A DNA stretch of 64,000 nt from Eledone cirrhosa. Its lineage: Eukaryota. The notes beneath the pieces were generated by a model. It made no database searches. It saw nothing but the letters and a program-made list of their open reading frames with translations, and was not told the origin of the DNA. Position 1 is the first letter of the stretch, and each line of letters opens with the position of its first letter. A program made the translations under genes and the position numbers. The stretch covers positions 25,110,001 to 25,174,000 of the forward strand of contig OZ024762.1 in NCBI GenBank assembly GCA_964016885.1. The letters run 5' to 3'. Below, one piece after another: positions 1 to 12,240 of the stretch.

Positions 1-264
1 CTTTCCTCCCGTTGTATTGTATGTCTACGCCATTTTTATTCAGTCTGTCTATATATTTATTTATTTATTTGCTTGTTTGTTTATTTTATTTTGTCTTCTT
101 TGCGCATGCGTTTGCGTGTGTGTATAGTGTTTTGTTTGATGTGTGATGTGTGTTCATGATTGGGTGACTAGTGTGTGTTTATGTGCTTGTGTATGTATTT
201 ATTTATTTATTTATTTATTTTATTTTATTTACTTATTTATACTTCTCGTAGGTCAGTGTTGTTT

Positions 265-2040
265 AGTATAGCTAGGATATCCTACTTCCTCTCAATGGTT
301 ATACGCCCCATAACCAAGATGTCCCCAGATGTATGTGATAGTACTGAGGACCCCCTCAGCAGAATCAGTGAGTGCAACAAAAACAGGAACCTGTCCAACT
401 GCATAATAGGCAGCATGGATGTGGTATCACTGTACCCATCCATTAACATTGATTTTGCTGTGGAAAAATGTGTGGAGTTGATCGTTGAGAGTGAGTTGGA
501 GTTCTGCGACGTCGACACAGACGAACTGGGCCTCCTACTTAGACTTACCTACGACACTGACTACCTAGACAGCCATGACCTTTGACGATTCTGCCCTAGT
601 AGACCCATAAAAGGTAGACCCCCCACCATAACCTCAATGGCAAAAAAGACTCCCATGGGAAGGTGGATTGGGTGGACCAAAGCTATACGGACCCCCCAAA
701 ACTATGATCAGGTAAGAAACATGGTCGCACATGCAATAGGGGCTAGTATCAAAACTACCCATATTTAAGTTCAACGAGAAGATCTACACCCAAAATGAGG
801 GAGCAGCCATTGGCGTCAGCATAGCCGGTGATGTTGCCAACCTTTACATGGTATAGTGGGAAAGGAGACTTAAAGACCTCCTTAATGAGAGCTCCATAGA
901 CCTCATCATGTACTCTCGTTATGTAGACGATATCAATATAGTTATAAGAATATCCCCACTAGAGAGCACTAACAAGTTTGATTTAGAACGTAGCACGATG
1001 GAAAGCATCCAGCAGATAGCTAATTCCATACACCAGAGCATAACTGTAACTATCTACTTCCCTTCCAAACACCCTAACAATAGACTACCTGTATTAGACA
1101 CAGAACTCTGGAGTAACACTATAGACGAGAGAGCCCAAATTCTACACTCACACTATGCTAAACCCATGACCTCCAAATACCTGATACTCAAAAACTCAGC
1201 AATGTCCAGTAGTGCTAAGTTTAATATGCTGATCGCAGATTTGGTACGAGTGATGAAGAATGTGTCCAGCATGTGCGACCCAACAGAAATGGAAAGACAC
1301 ATCCAACACTTCGTAAACCGCATGCAGTTCTCTGGCTACAACCAAAGAGACAGAATCAGAGTATACGAGGGAGCCATGGAGAAGTATAAGGCCCTCATAG
1401 AAGTGGACATGAAAGGAATTTCCTCATTATACAGGAGCAAATCATGGAATAGCTTAGATAGGGCTAGACATAAGATAGGGAAAGCCACCTCATGGCACGA
1501 CAACCAGAGATACCAGAGTGTCATGTATGTGGACGCTACCCCTGGAGGGAAATTAGCTAACCAGTGTAGAAAGGCCCTGAGAAAGACCCACTTAAAAATT
1601 AAGGTGGTAGAAAAGCCAGGAACCACCATAAAATCCCTGATCAGCAAAACCTACCCTTTTAAGATAACCCACTGTACCAATAGGAAATGTATCATATGTA
1701 AGGTAAACCCCCGGATAAACTGTAAAACTAGAAACGTAGTCTATAGCATAAGATGTACAGAGGGTACTTGCAGAAACATGACAACAACATACATAGGTGA
1801 GACAGCTCGTAGCATAGGTGAAAGGATAGACCAACACTGGGGGGAACTAAAGGACGAAAAAATGGGTCAGTACTATACGACCATGCCAGACAACAACATG
1901 ACGGTAGCATAGACAACATAGAAATTAGAATAATATCTAAACATAGAAATGACCCAGCAGATAGGCAAATCAGATAGGCCAGTGAAATAGAACTTAAAAG
2001 ACCAAGACTAAACAGAAAGAATGAATGGTATAACAACATC
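265..2040 (+). pseudogene. PLE reverse transcriptase plus C-terminal GIY-YIG endonuclease, disrupted
   Basis: GSMDVVSLYPSI, YTQNEGAAIG, YSRYVDD, then CxxC..C and NVVYSIRC..YIGETARSIGERIDQH; after a frameshift DPADRQIR*..PRLNRKNEW; several stops and frameshifts. Confidence 0.9.
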
Positions 2041-2332
2041 ACACAAACAAACAACACTGACCTAAGAGAAGTATAAATAAGTAAATAAAATAAAATAAAA
2101 TAAAATAAAATAAATAAATAAATAAATAAATAAATACATACACAAGCACATAAACACACACTAGTCACCCAATCATGAACACACATCACACATCAAACAA
2201 AACACTATACACACACGCAAACGCATGCGCAAAGAAGACAAAATAAAATAAACAAACACGCAAATAAATAAATATATAGACAGACTGAATAAAAATGGCG
2301 TAGACATACAATACAACGGGAGGAAAAAATAG

Positions 2333-2375
2333 CACCACTGACGAAGTTGCAGATGTGCAACGAAAGATTTATGAT
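2333..2375 (+). ncRNA. Degenerate minimal hammerhead ribozyme in PLE pLTR
   Basis: CUGACGA-(a)GUUGCA gaug UGCAAC-GAAA-GAUU-UA; stems I and III imperfect. Confidence 0.6.
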
Positions 2376-2399
2376 AAACTATATATATGTGTTTGTGTC

Positions 2400-2628
2400 T
2401 ATATTGTATCTGTATTATTTTTGACCGCCGGTCAGTCAATGGCAACATTGAGGACCGAGTAAATTAGGTTACCGATATAAAAGACACAGAAGCGAAAAGC
2501 GAAAACCAACCAAACAGTGAGTGTGTTCAGTTATTAATTCTGGCAATATTATTACAACAATATGACCCTCCCCAAGTATAACAATATTTGTTTCGACACA
2601 CGATTTCATATAAAAAACCTCGCAAGAT
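2400..2628. repeat. Interspersed repeat family (also 18795-18970, partly 23898-24360)
   Basis: Shared tatctgtatt..ggtcagtcaatg..gatataaaaga..atgaccctccccaagtataacaata. Confidence 0.75.
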
Positions 2629-2717
2629 ATATATATATATATATATATATACTCACATGCATACACACATGCGCGCACACACACAGACACACACACACAC
2701 GCATATATATATATATA

Positions 2718-3270
2718 TATATCATAAAACATGTCTATAGAATCACAAGATAAAATATATACTATTTCCTCTCCCAATAGCATAATTAACTATATAAAAA
2801 ATCGAATAGACCAGGCTATAAGAATGAGGCTTCTATGAAGGAATCTCCGACAAATAACCGAAACTAGCGCTTCGCGTCGGCCGTAGCGGAATATTTATCG
2901 AATATTTCGACAGCGTAATCGCCCAGATACCGTCAACTAAGCAGAATTAGGTTTAAAATAAACTAGGAGAAAATAGAATACATTTAAAAACCTCCTCTAC
3001 CATGGTTTCGTCCGTGTTTTGAGTTATCCAATAATTATGTAATAATTATATAAACTCGAGCGCCGGATTCACCAGGAAGCTCGCTCTTATCTAGACACTA
3101 AATTTTCCAAAGCGATCGCGCCAAGAATTCATTTCAAAATGGCTAAAAATCGTGACGTAGTCGCGGTCAGGTTGGAAGGGTGTGGTAGTTGCTTAGTTAA
3201 TTATGCTAATTTGGAGAGGAAATAGTATATATTTTATCTTGTGATTCTATAGACATGTTTAATGATATAT
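2718..3270. mobile_element. Non-autonomous element with ~75-bp inverted ends and an internal hammerhead
   Basis: 2718-2792 is the reverse complement of 3195-3270; (TA)n on both sides. Confidence 0.7.
2991..3080 (-). ncRNA. Hammerhead ribozyme with long stem II and one core change (CUGGUGA)
   Basis: cuuc-CUGGUGA-AUCCG...CGGAC-GAAA-CCAUGG-UA-gagg; palindromic stem III. Confidence 0.6.
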
Positions 3271-3365
3271 AGCTCTGATTGTTTAATTTATTAATCTTTC
3301 ATTGAGCCACAAAGTGACCAGTTGCAAAACACGTATATGTATATGTATGTATATATATATGTAAA

Positions 3366-3467
<102 letters not shown>

Positions 3468-3496
3468 TATGGATATATATCGATATATATATATGT

Positions 3497-3760
3497 CTAG
3501 GGCGGGTAAAACTCCCGAGATCCATGTACGAGTTCTCTCCACCGGTCTCTGTCCTTCATCATCACCGCCATGTCCTGCGTCTCCCCGAGACCAGTGTCTG
3601 TCCTTAGGGCATCAATATATGTCATCCTTCTTCTCCCCCTTCTAGTGTGTCCGTGTAGGGGCTCCCACAGGAACGCTGAGTGAGGTGTCAGCTCTGAATA
3701 TCGGTGAACCCGTCCAGGTAAATTCCCTTTTATGAACACTGTGATTCATCTGGAATTTTC
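3497..3760 (-). mobile_element. RTE-clade LINE 3' fragment
   Basis: [38 protein letters not shown] resembles the RTE ORF C-terminus; ends in (TA)n. Confidence 0.75.
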
Positions 3761-3895
3761 ATTGGCTTTACTATTAGTAGAGACAAGGTGTTGATTAAAC
3801 GATACTATCTGTGTCTCCCGCATCATGACCAAAATAATATGAAAGGCAGACAGAATCTAAGCAATGTGAACGATATTACTGGTTGCTGTATCCGT

Positions 3896-4423
3896 GGTGT
3901 ACCAGAATCTGCCTGGAACAAACTGGTATAAAGATCTGTTCCTGTGGTACCTCTAACCAACGAGAATCATACTGGTGGTTGCCTTAATGATGGTGTACCA
4001 GAATCTACCTGGAACAGACTGGTATAAAGATCTGTTCCTGTGGTACCTCTAACCAACGAGGATCATACTGGTGGTTGCCTTAAGGATGGTGTACCAGAAT
4101 CTACCTGGAACAGACTGGTATAAAGATCTGTTCCTGTGGTACCTCTAACCAACGAGGATCATACTGGTGGTTGCCTTAAGGATGGTGTACCAGAATCTAC
4201 CTGGAACAGACTGGTATAAAGATCTGTTCCTGTGGTACCTCTAACCAACGAGAATCATACTGGTGGTTGCCTTAATGATGGTGTACCAGAATCTACCTGG
4301 AACAGACTGGTATAAAGATCTGTTCCTGTGGTACCTCTAACCAACGAGGATCATACTGGTGGTTGCCTTAATGATGGTGTACCAGAATCTACCTGGAACA
4401 GACTGGCATAAAGATCTGTTCCC
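3896..4423. repeat. 96-bp tandem repeat, ~5.5 near-identical copies
   Basis: ggtgtaccag starts at 3896, 3992, 4088, 4184, 4280 and 4376. Confidence 0.95.
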
Positions 4424-4731
4424 TTGGTCACCTTTAACCCGAATCCGGAGGAGCCGACTTGAATATGTATCTCCTTGTTACAGATATACATATACACGAT
4501 TATATATATGCAAAAAGTAAACAGAAATACCAAATCAATCGACACAGTACATTTTCGAGTCATGTAAAGGTAGCTTGGTTTGTAACCTTACGTTACTGTC
4601 GTCTCACCAACTAATTACTCGGTGTATAGTTGGGTCTGATCAAGTATAGTACGTGATGCTGTACGTTTGGTGTTGTACTATGGTCGGTTTCCTCCATAAG
4701 CAGTGTAATATTAAGGCACTGGAAATAGAAC

Positions 4732-4776
4732 GAAGAGGGTCTTAACGTTACGGATTCCAGTCCTTCATCAGAAGAA
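4732..4776 (-). ncRNA. Degenerate minimal hammerhead (family shared with 42402)
   Basis: cuu-CUGAUGA-AGGA cuggaa UCC-GUAA-CG-UU-aag; 4730-4863 is homologous to the reverse complement of 42315-42445. Confidence 0.5.
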
Positions 4777-5051
4777 AGAATAAGAAATTAGATAGATTGA
4801 AGGACGGTCGGGGTGGAATTGGAAAAAAATATATCTTTAGATGAAAATAACAGGTCCATTCATATTGCTATCTCTTTAGCTGAGTTGTACAACGTATATG
4901 ATTGAGTTTCATAATTATGTGCTTGTATATTGTATGGTTTAGTAGGCAAAACTATTGGCTAGGCTGGGGGAATTTCTAACTGTCTGAAGTTTAAACTTAC
5001 TATGATTTTTTTTTCAACACGCAGACGCTTAGCTGTATATGTGGGTGCGTG

Positions 5052-5125
<74 letters not shown>

Positions 5126-5848
5126 TATATGTATGAGTATATAAATATAAACGCGCAAACACTGACACACTTACAAAAATACACACACACATACATACAG
5201 TCACACAATTAGGCTTACATTCACACACAGACACATTCACACACATACCTTTACACAAACACACATACACATATATATCACAGACACCGTAGCAAACGCA
5301 ACGCCAGTCGCTGTGTTTAGCTATAGTTTATTTCACCATCCCCTTCCTTCATTTTATACACACATACATTCACACAACCACACACACACATCTTGTGAGG
5401 GACGGACCGAAGTGGCTCAAATTTATATATAGATATGTAGAAACGAGGTGTCAAAGTACCATCATTGGGTTTATTAAGATGTGACGCACGTTTTGCAATT
5501 TATCAGCTCAAGGAACGACCTATATATATATATATATATAGATGTAATTTTGTATTTAAACTGAATTTTACAACCCGGTTAAGGTTCCGTCTGCAACAGG
5601 TTTAGTGAAATACCTTATATCGGGAGTGGAAAAAAACTCGTGTAAAATTTCATGATTTAGAGAACTCCAAGAAGTATGAAAGACAAAACAGGCGGCAATT
5701 CAAAGTATTTGATATATTAGATGGAGAATGTAATCTTAGTAAATACACCGCAAGGTATATTTTCTTAAATGTTCTACAAAGTAGCGATTCGACATTCCAC
5801 CTAGCGGAAAATTCAAATTTCAAATTTTAAAATTTCAAACAAATATTC

Positions 5849-5923
<75 letters not shown>

Positions 5924-5942
5924 ATATATATATGTATATATA

Positions 5943-6145
5943 TATAAAAGTTTTAATATAGATGAGATTTTACAGGACTAGAACTGTTTCATTCTTTAGA
6001 AATCATCAGGATATATTCCTGATGATTTCTAAAGAATGAAACAATTCTAGTCCTGTAGAATCTCATCTATATAAAAACTTTTATACTCTGCTATGTATTG
6101 AGTACCTTACTTACTGTGGTTTCCTCTGATTTAACCCGGAATAAC
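5943..6145 (+). mobile_element. Fold-back hammerhead cassette, family A
   Basis: Arms 5943-6011 and 6017-6085 plus a tail to 6145; homologous to 18211-18531. Confidence 0.8.
6015..6061 (+). ncRNA. Hammerhead ribozyme (family A)
   Basis: AUUC-CUGAUGA-UUUC uaaa GAAU-GAAA-CAA uucuaguc CUG-UA-GAAU. Confidence 0.7.
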
Positions 6146-6229
6146 TTCCTTGTATATATATATGTATTTTTTTAGGAACGATCGAATTTCGTCAAATCGG
6201 ACCGAGGAAACAATGTTTCCGTTGGTCTT

Positions 6230-6389
6230 TCCAATTGCTAATACTATATATCGGTCGCAACTCCAGGTAGAAGGAGCAACGTGAAATAAAGTGTCTTGTT
6301 CAAGGACATAACGCATTGCCTGGTCCAGGAATCGAACTCACAACCGCACGATTGCGAATCCAATTCTCTAACCACTCAGCCACACGCCT
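6230..6389 (-). mobile_element. tRNA-derived CORE-type SINE
   Basis: A box TGGCTGAGTGG, B box GTTCGATTCC, then gtccttgaacaagacacttt CORE-like block; related pieces at 12465-12600, 12640-12780 and 17596-17705. Confidence 0.75.
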
Positions 6390-6408
6390 ATATATATATA
6401 TATATATG

Positions 6409-7065
<657 letters not shown>

Positions 7066-7076
7066 ATATATATATA

Positions 7077-7161
<85 letters not shown>

Positions 7162-7222
7162 ACATATATATATATACATATATATGTATATATATTATAT
7201 ATATATATACGTATATACATAC

Positions 7223-7266
<44 letters not shown>

Positions 7267-7350
7267 ACATATATATATATACATATATATGTATATATAT
7301 TATATATATATATACGTATATACATACAGATATATATATATATATATATA

Positions 7351-7505
<155 letters not shown>

Positions 7506-7521
7506 TTATATATATATATAA

Positions 7522-8014
7522 ATGGTGGCTGCCCACTCGTTTTCGAGTACGGCCACTACTTTATATCCATGTAGGAGAACCCCTACCGATGCGCTGAATG
7601 AGTGTGACTTTTTAGTCCAGCCAGCGACTTGAAAACTCTGGTACAAACACTACACTTGTGACAATTATTGACACATAGTGCTGGGCCCATGGTACCATGT
7701 GACGACAAGTGCAGAGAGATCTCCAGATATAAAGCAATGCCTGTGCTGTGAAGCTTTTATAGTGAGCAAAGGCACTGCACAAAGCCAGTCCCACTCTCTT
7801 AACCAAGATGATATTTACCAAAAAGAAGAACAAGTCAACATCATTGGATACCATCAGGGTTGCAGGTGTTATATCAGAGTTTTCCTTCTCCTAGAATTCT
7901 GCCTTGACAAAGGCTAAGGGGTCATCTCTCCCGGTGATTTTGGATGGCCATTGACTCTTAAGAGTTCCTTTTCCCTTTGACAGGTTTTGTTTTTAGTCCT
8001 GCAGGATGTCCAAA

Positions 8015-8016
<2 letters not shown>
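7522..8016 (-). mobile_element. ~490-bp interspersed repeat, probably an RTE-related non-autonomous element
   Basis: Highly similar inverted copy at 37151-37634; contains ctaggagaaggaaaactctga, which I recall from RTE 5' regions. Confidence 0.65.
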
Positions 8017-8080
<64 letters not shown>

Positions 8081-8087
<7 letters not shown>

Positions 8088-9176
8088 TAAAGTTAGTCCT
8101 TCATCAGTGATCTTCCAGCCATCATTGGTATTTCATCGCTTTAAAGACCATATACCTCCGGTTGGTGCGAGCAACGGCTAAAAAATTCGTTGGGACACGT
8201 AAATAAAGGGAACACGAGTGTAAACAAACAAAATGGTTAAGCAACGAAAAGTGAGGAAGAAGGAGTCAAGTCCCAAATTTCTATGAATTTAAATTCGGTG
8301 AAATCGTCAACGAGAGAAATTTGGGACTTGAATCCTTCTTCCTCACTTTTCGTTGCTTCACCATTTTGTTTGTTTACACTCGTGTTCCCTTTATTTACGT
8401 GTCCCAACGACTTTTTTTAGACGTTGCTCGCACAAACCGGAGGTATATGGTCTTTAAAGCGATGAAATACCAATGATGGTTGGAAGATCACTGATGAAGG
8501 ACTAACTTTATTCATATGTAACCCATTAGCAACCCTGCAGCACGCTTTTCTCATATTTACACATATTTTTTTCCCCGCTGTTACACGTCTATTTCGTTCT
8601 TACTGCTTCCTCTTTCTCTGTATCTTTACCCTCTCTAGCAGTCACTCTCTCTGTTAGCCTCTTCCCCACCCTTCACTCACTCATTCTCTGTTACTACCTC
8701 TCCTCCTCCTTCTTCCCGTTTGACCTGTGCGTAATTCTTTCTTTCACACCCTTGGTCTGGCAGGTCGCTTTTTTTCTGTCTCTCGTCTACGATTTCACAG
8801 AACTTACGTTCACCGAAATCACAGACTAGATCCCTTCTTCCTCCCGTTAGACCTGTACAGAATTCCTTCCTTGCTCACATTCCAACCAGGTTTGATGGTC
8901 TTTATTCTCTCTCGTTCACGATTTCACCGAATATAAACTCATAGAAATTTGGGACTTGACTCCTTCTTCCTCACTTTTCGTTGCTTCACCATTTTGTTTG
9001 TTTACACTCGTGTTCCCTTTATTTACGTGTCCCAACGACTTTTTTTAGCCGTTGCTCGCACCAACCGGAGGTATATTGTCTTTAAAGCGATGAAATACCA
9101 ATGATGGTTGGAAGATCACTGATGAAGGACTAACTTTATTCATATGTAACCCATTAACATCCCTGCAGCACGTTTT

Positions 9177-9183
<7 letters not shown>
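8081..9183 (+). mobile_element. Non-coding element: inverted copy + direct repeat + body + direct repeat (family C)
   Basis: 8315-8556 is repeated directly at 8943-9183; 8081-8317 is the reverse complement of 8908-9146; diverged relative at 41441-41970 (-); (TA)n flanks. Confidence 0.85.
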
Positions 9184-9231
<48 letters not shown>

Positions 9232-9234
<3 letters not shown>

Positions 9235-9542
9235 CAGGAAAGAAGAGTGACACTGTTTGCTATACAAAGAACAGTGACACAGTTTGCTATATGTATATAT
9301 GCAAGTAAGTATGTTTTGAAACAGTGAGCAGGTTTGAAATTAGAAAATAGAATAGCTTTCACCATATTTTTGACTAAAGAAATTTTAGCCTGATAATGGG
9401 GTTTAGAACCCCCAGATAAATGGGAAAAGATGAGTATTGACCTACATGTGCGTCAATACTCATCTTTTTCCATTTATCTGAGGGTTCTAAACCCTATTAT
9501 CAGGCTAAAATTTCTTTAGTCAAAAATACGGTGAAAGCTATT
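9232..9542. mobile_element. Fold-back cassette, family D
   Basis: Arms 9351-9441 and 9452-9542; relative at 22390-22560. Confidence 0.75.
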
Positions 9543-9887
9543 ATATATATATAGGTATACAGGAGGACTCGTTCAAGAAAATGGTGGAACAACAAGTGAA
9601 CAACATCAAGAATCTAGAGAATGATACGTGTATAATAACCGAAAAAACGCCAGCATGTGTAAGGTGGGTGGAGAGTGGGGGTGTGGTGTGGGATGGGGAA
9701 GTGGTGCGTGGGACTGGTTTATCGATTCCATGTCTCTTACGAACAGTACAGATAAATGAAGAAGCTAATATATGTGGAATCTTGTTTGTTGTTGTTCATG
9801 TTGATGTTGCTGTACAAACGCAAAGACACACACAAACACACAGACACACACACACTATACTCACACTCTCACACACACACACATGCG

Positions 9888-9929
<42 letters not shown>

Positions 9930-10051
9930 TATATACCTACATACATACATATATACATAAATGCATATATATATATATATATGTATATATGTATATACAC
10001 GGTCATACATACACACGATTCTACACTATAAATAGATAGATACATACATAC

Positions 10052-10130
<79 letters not shown>

Positions 10131-10315
10131 TGTATTTTTTTGTGTGTATGTCATACATATTTATCACGTAAATTCTTTCAAGCTTTATACCACAAAATCA
10201 GGCGAACACAACTCAGATACAGAAGTGTGTGGGTTTTTGTTTAGAAATAAATTTACTCATATATATTCCGTTATCCCTCTATCTCTCCCTATATATAGAT
10301 CTATGCACACACACG

Positions 10316-10403
<88 letters not shown>

Positions 10404-10463
10404 CTCTAGGATAGATACATAGCATCCTCAGTTATTATTTTGGACAAAATAACTCTCTATACA

Positions 10464-10536
<73 letters not shown>

Positions 10537-10634
10537 TAAATATATATATATATATATTTAAATAAGTGTATATATGCATATATACATATATCTATATATC
10601 TCTATATATAAATCTATCTATCTATATCCATCTA

Positions 10635-10754
<120 letters not shown>

Positions 10755-11214
10755 TATATATATGCGTATATATTGTATAATATACACCAAGAAAAAAATA
10801 TAGAAGCAGAGACACAGAAACAATATATATTTGTATGTATGTGTATGTGTGTGTGTGTGTATGTGTGTGCGTGTGTGTATGAGCGTGTGCGTGTGTGTAT
10901 GAGTGTATGAGTGTATGAGCGTATGTCTATCTTTGTCTGTGTGATTCCAACACACGCAATTATGTATTTCCATGGTGATATTTCATTTTATGATATGAAA
11001 TTATATGTATAGAAAGTTATTCGCTGGGAGACTTCAAAGAACATTAATAATGTTGACAACAATACGATTATTTCATTACCATTGCATGAAGAATGGATAT
11101 TACACCGTGTGATATTTTTATAAAATATAATATAAGTATAGTTCATTTTATAGTATAACATTACTACTGTTGTTGTAATTGTTTCTGTTTGGTTTTTATT
11201 GTTGTTTTTTTAAA

Positions 11215-11960
11215 ATAGTTTAGTCCTGATCGAGTAGGCGTGCAAGCAGAGGCGTTCAAGGTTTGCATGTATACATGGCCCAGTAACTGATGAAGCATTC
11301 GTAGGGAGCCTGTGGGGAGGGGGCATATTGGCATACAGCACTTTTGGGGTCACTTTGAATCAGTTTAGTCCTTAACGAATAGGCGTGTGAGCAGAGGCGT
11401 TCAAGGTTTTCCTGCCTGTCATCGTGGCCAAGTAACTCCTGAAGGGGTTGTATGGAACCCCACGAGGAACCGTATTGGCATTTCTGGGTCATTTTGATTG
11501 TGGTTGTTTTTTTTAATATCCGTTTAGTCCTTATCGAATAGGTATATGACCAGAGCTGTTGAAGGTTTTCAACCTACATGGCCCCGTAACTCATTAAGGA
11601 GTTTTAGGGAACCCGTACGGGAGCCGTATTAACACACGGCATTTCAGAGTCATTTTGATTCTTGTTTTTTTAATACCAGTTTAGTCCTGATCGAATAACC
11701 GTGTGAGCAGAGCTGATCAAGGTTTGTATGTATGCCTTCATAGCCCAGTAACACTTGAAAGAGCCGTAGGGAACTCGTAAGGGAGCCGTATTGGCACCCG
11801 GCATTTCTGGGTCACTTTGATTGTTGTTGTTTTTAATAACAGATTAGTCCTGATCGAATAGGCGTATGACCAGAGCTGTTCAAGGTTTCCATGCATACAC
11901 GGCCCAGTAACTCATTAAGGAGTTGTAGCGAACCCGTAGAGGAGCTGAATTGGCATATTA
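11215..11960. repeat. Diverged tandem repeat, ~145-165-bp unit, ~5 copies
   Basis: ttagtcc..cgaatagg..caaggttt..cagtaac..ccgtattggca recurs near 11219, 11364, 11523, 11680 and 11843. Confidence 0.85.
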
Positions 11961-12079
11961 CATTTCTAAAGCATTTTTAAAACCTCGCGGACCCCATTTT
12001 CTCTCTCCACTTCTGAATACAGCAAAATTCTTCCGGGCAGTTCTAGAGAGTGAGGGAATAGAAGTTAAAAAGTGGTATA

Positions 12080-12240
12080 AAGAAAACATCGACCTCAGTA
12101 CACGACTGATACTCTTTCTTATCGACCTCGAGTTGATGAAAGGCAAAGTTGACCTTGGCGGTATTTGAACTCAGAGAACATATACTACGAAACGAATATC
12201 ACAAAAACATTCTATCCGAAGTTCTAACGACTCCATTCAA
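12080..12240 (-). mobile_element. MetaSINE-like tRNA-derived SINE, diverged
   Basis: Reverse complement reads ctgagttcaaataccgccaaggtcaactttgcctttcatc..ggtcgataag. Confidence 0.65.

Larger units (their letters stand above)
1..2375 (+). mobile_element. 5'-truncated Penelope-like retroelement with inverted pLTR copy at its 5' end
   Basis: 1-264 is the reverse complement of about 2050-2325; RT and GIY-YIG remnants lie between; hammerhead-like motif at the 3' end. Confidence 0.9.

Noticed and set aside
583-585. In-frame TGA in the PLE ORF as selenocysteine (as in Naiad PLEs)
   Set aside because: The element also has TAG stops and frameshifts, its endonuclease is C-terminal, and no SECIS was seen; simple decay is more likely
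3896-4423. CRISPR-like or coding (32-codon) repeat
   Set aside because: No unique spacers, eukaryotic context, no cas genes, stops in all six frames
6310-6389. tRNA gene
   Set aside because: A/B boxes run into a CORE-like SINE body; no acceptor stem
8450-8505. SECIS or canonical type-II hammerhead in the family C repeat
   Set aside because: AUGA..UGAU is present but helix II does not pair, and GAAA is not adjacent to stem II; kept only as an unresolved motif
11285-11300. CTGATGA in the 150-bp array
   Set aside because: Not conserved in other units and no GAAA or stems
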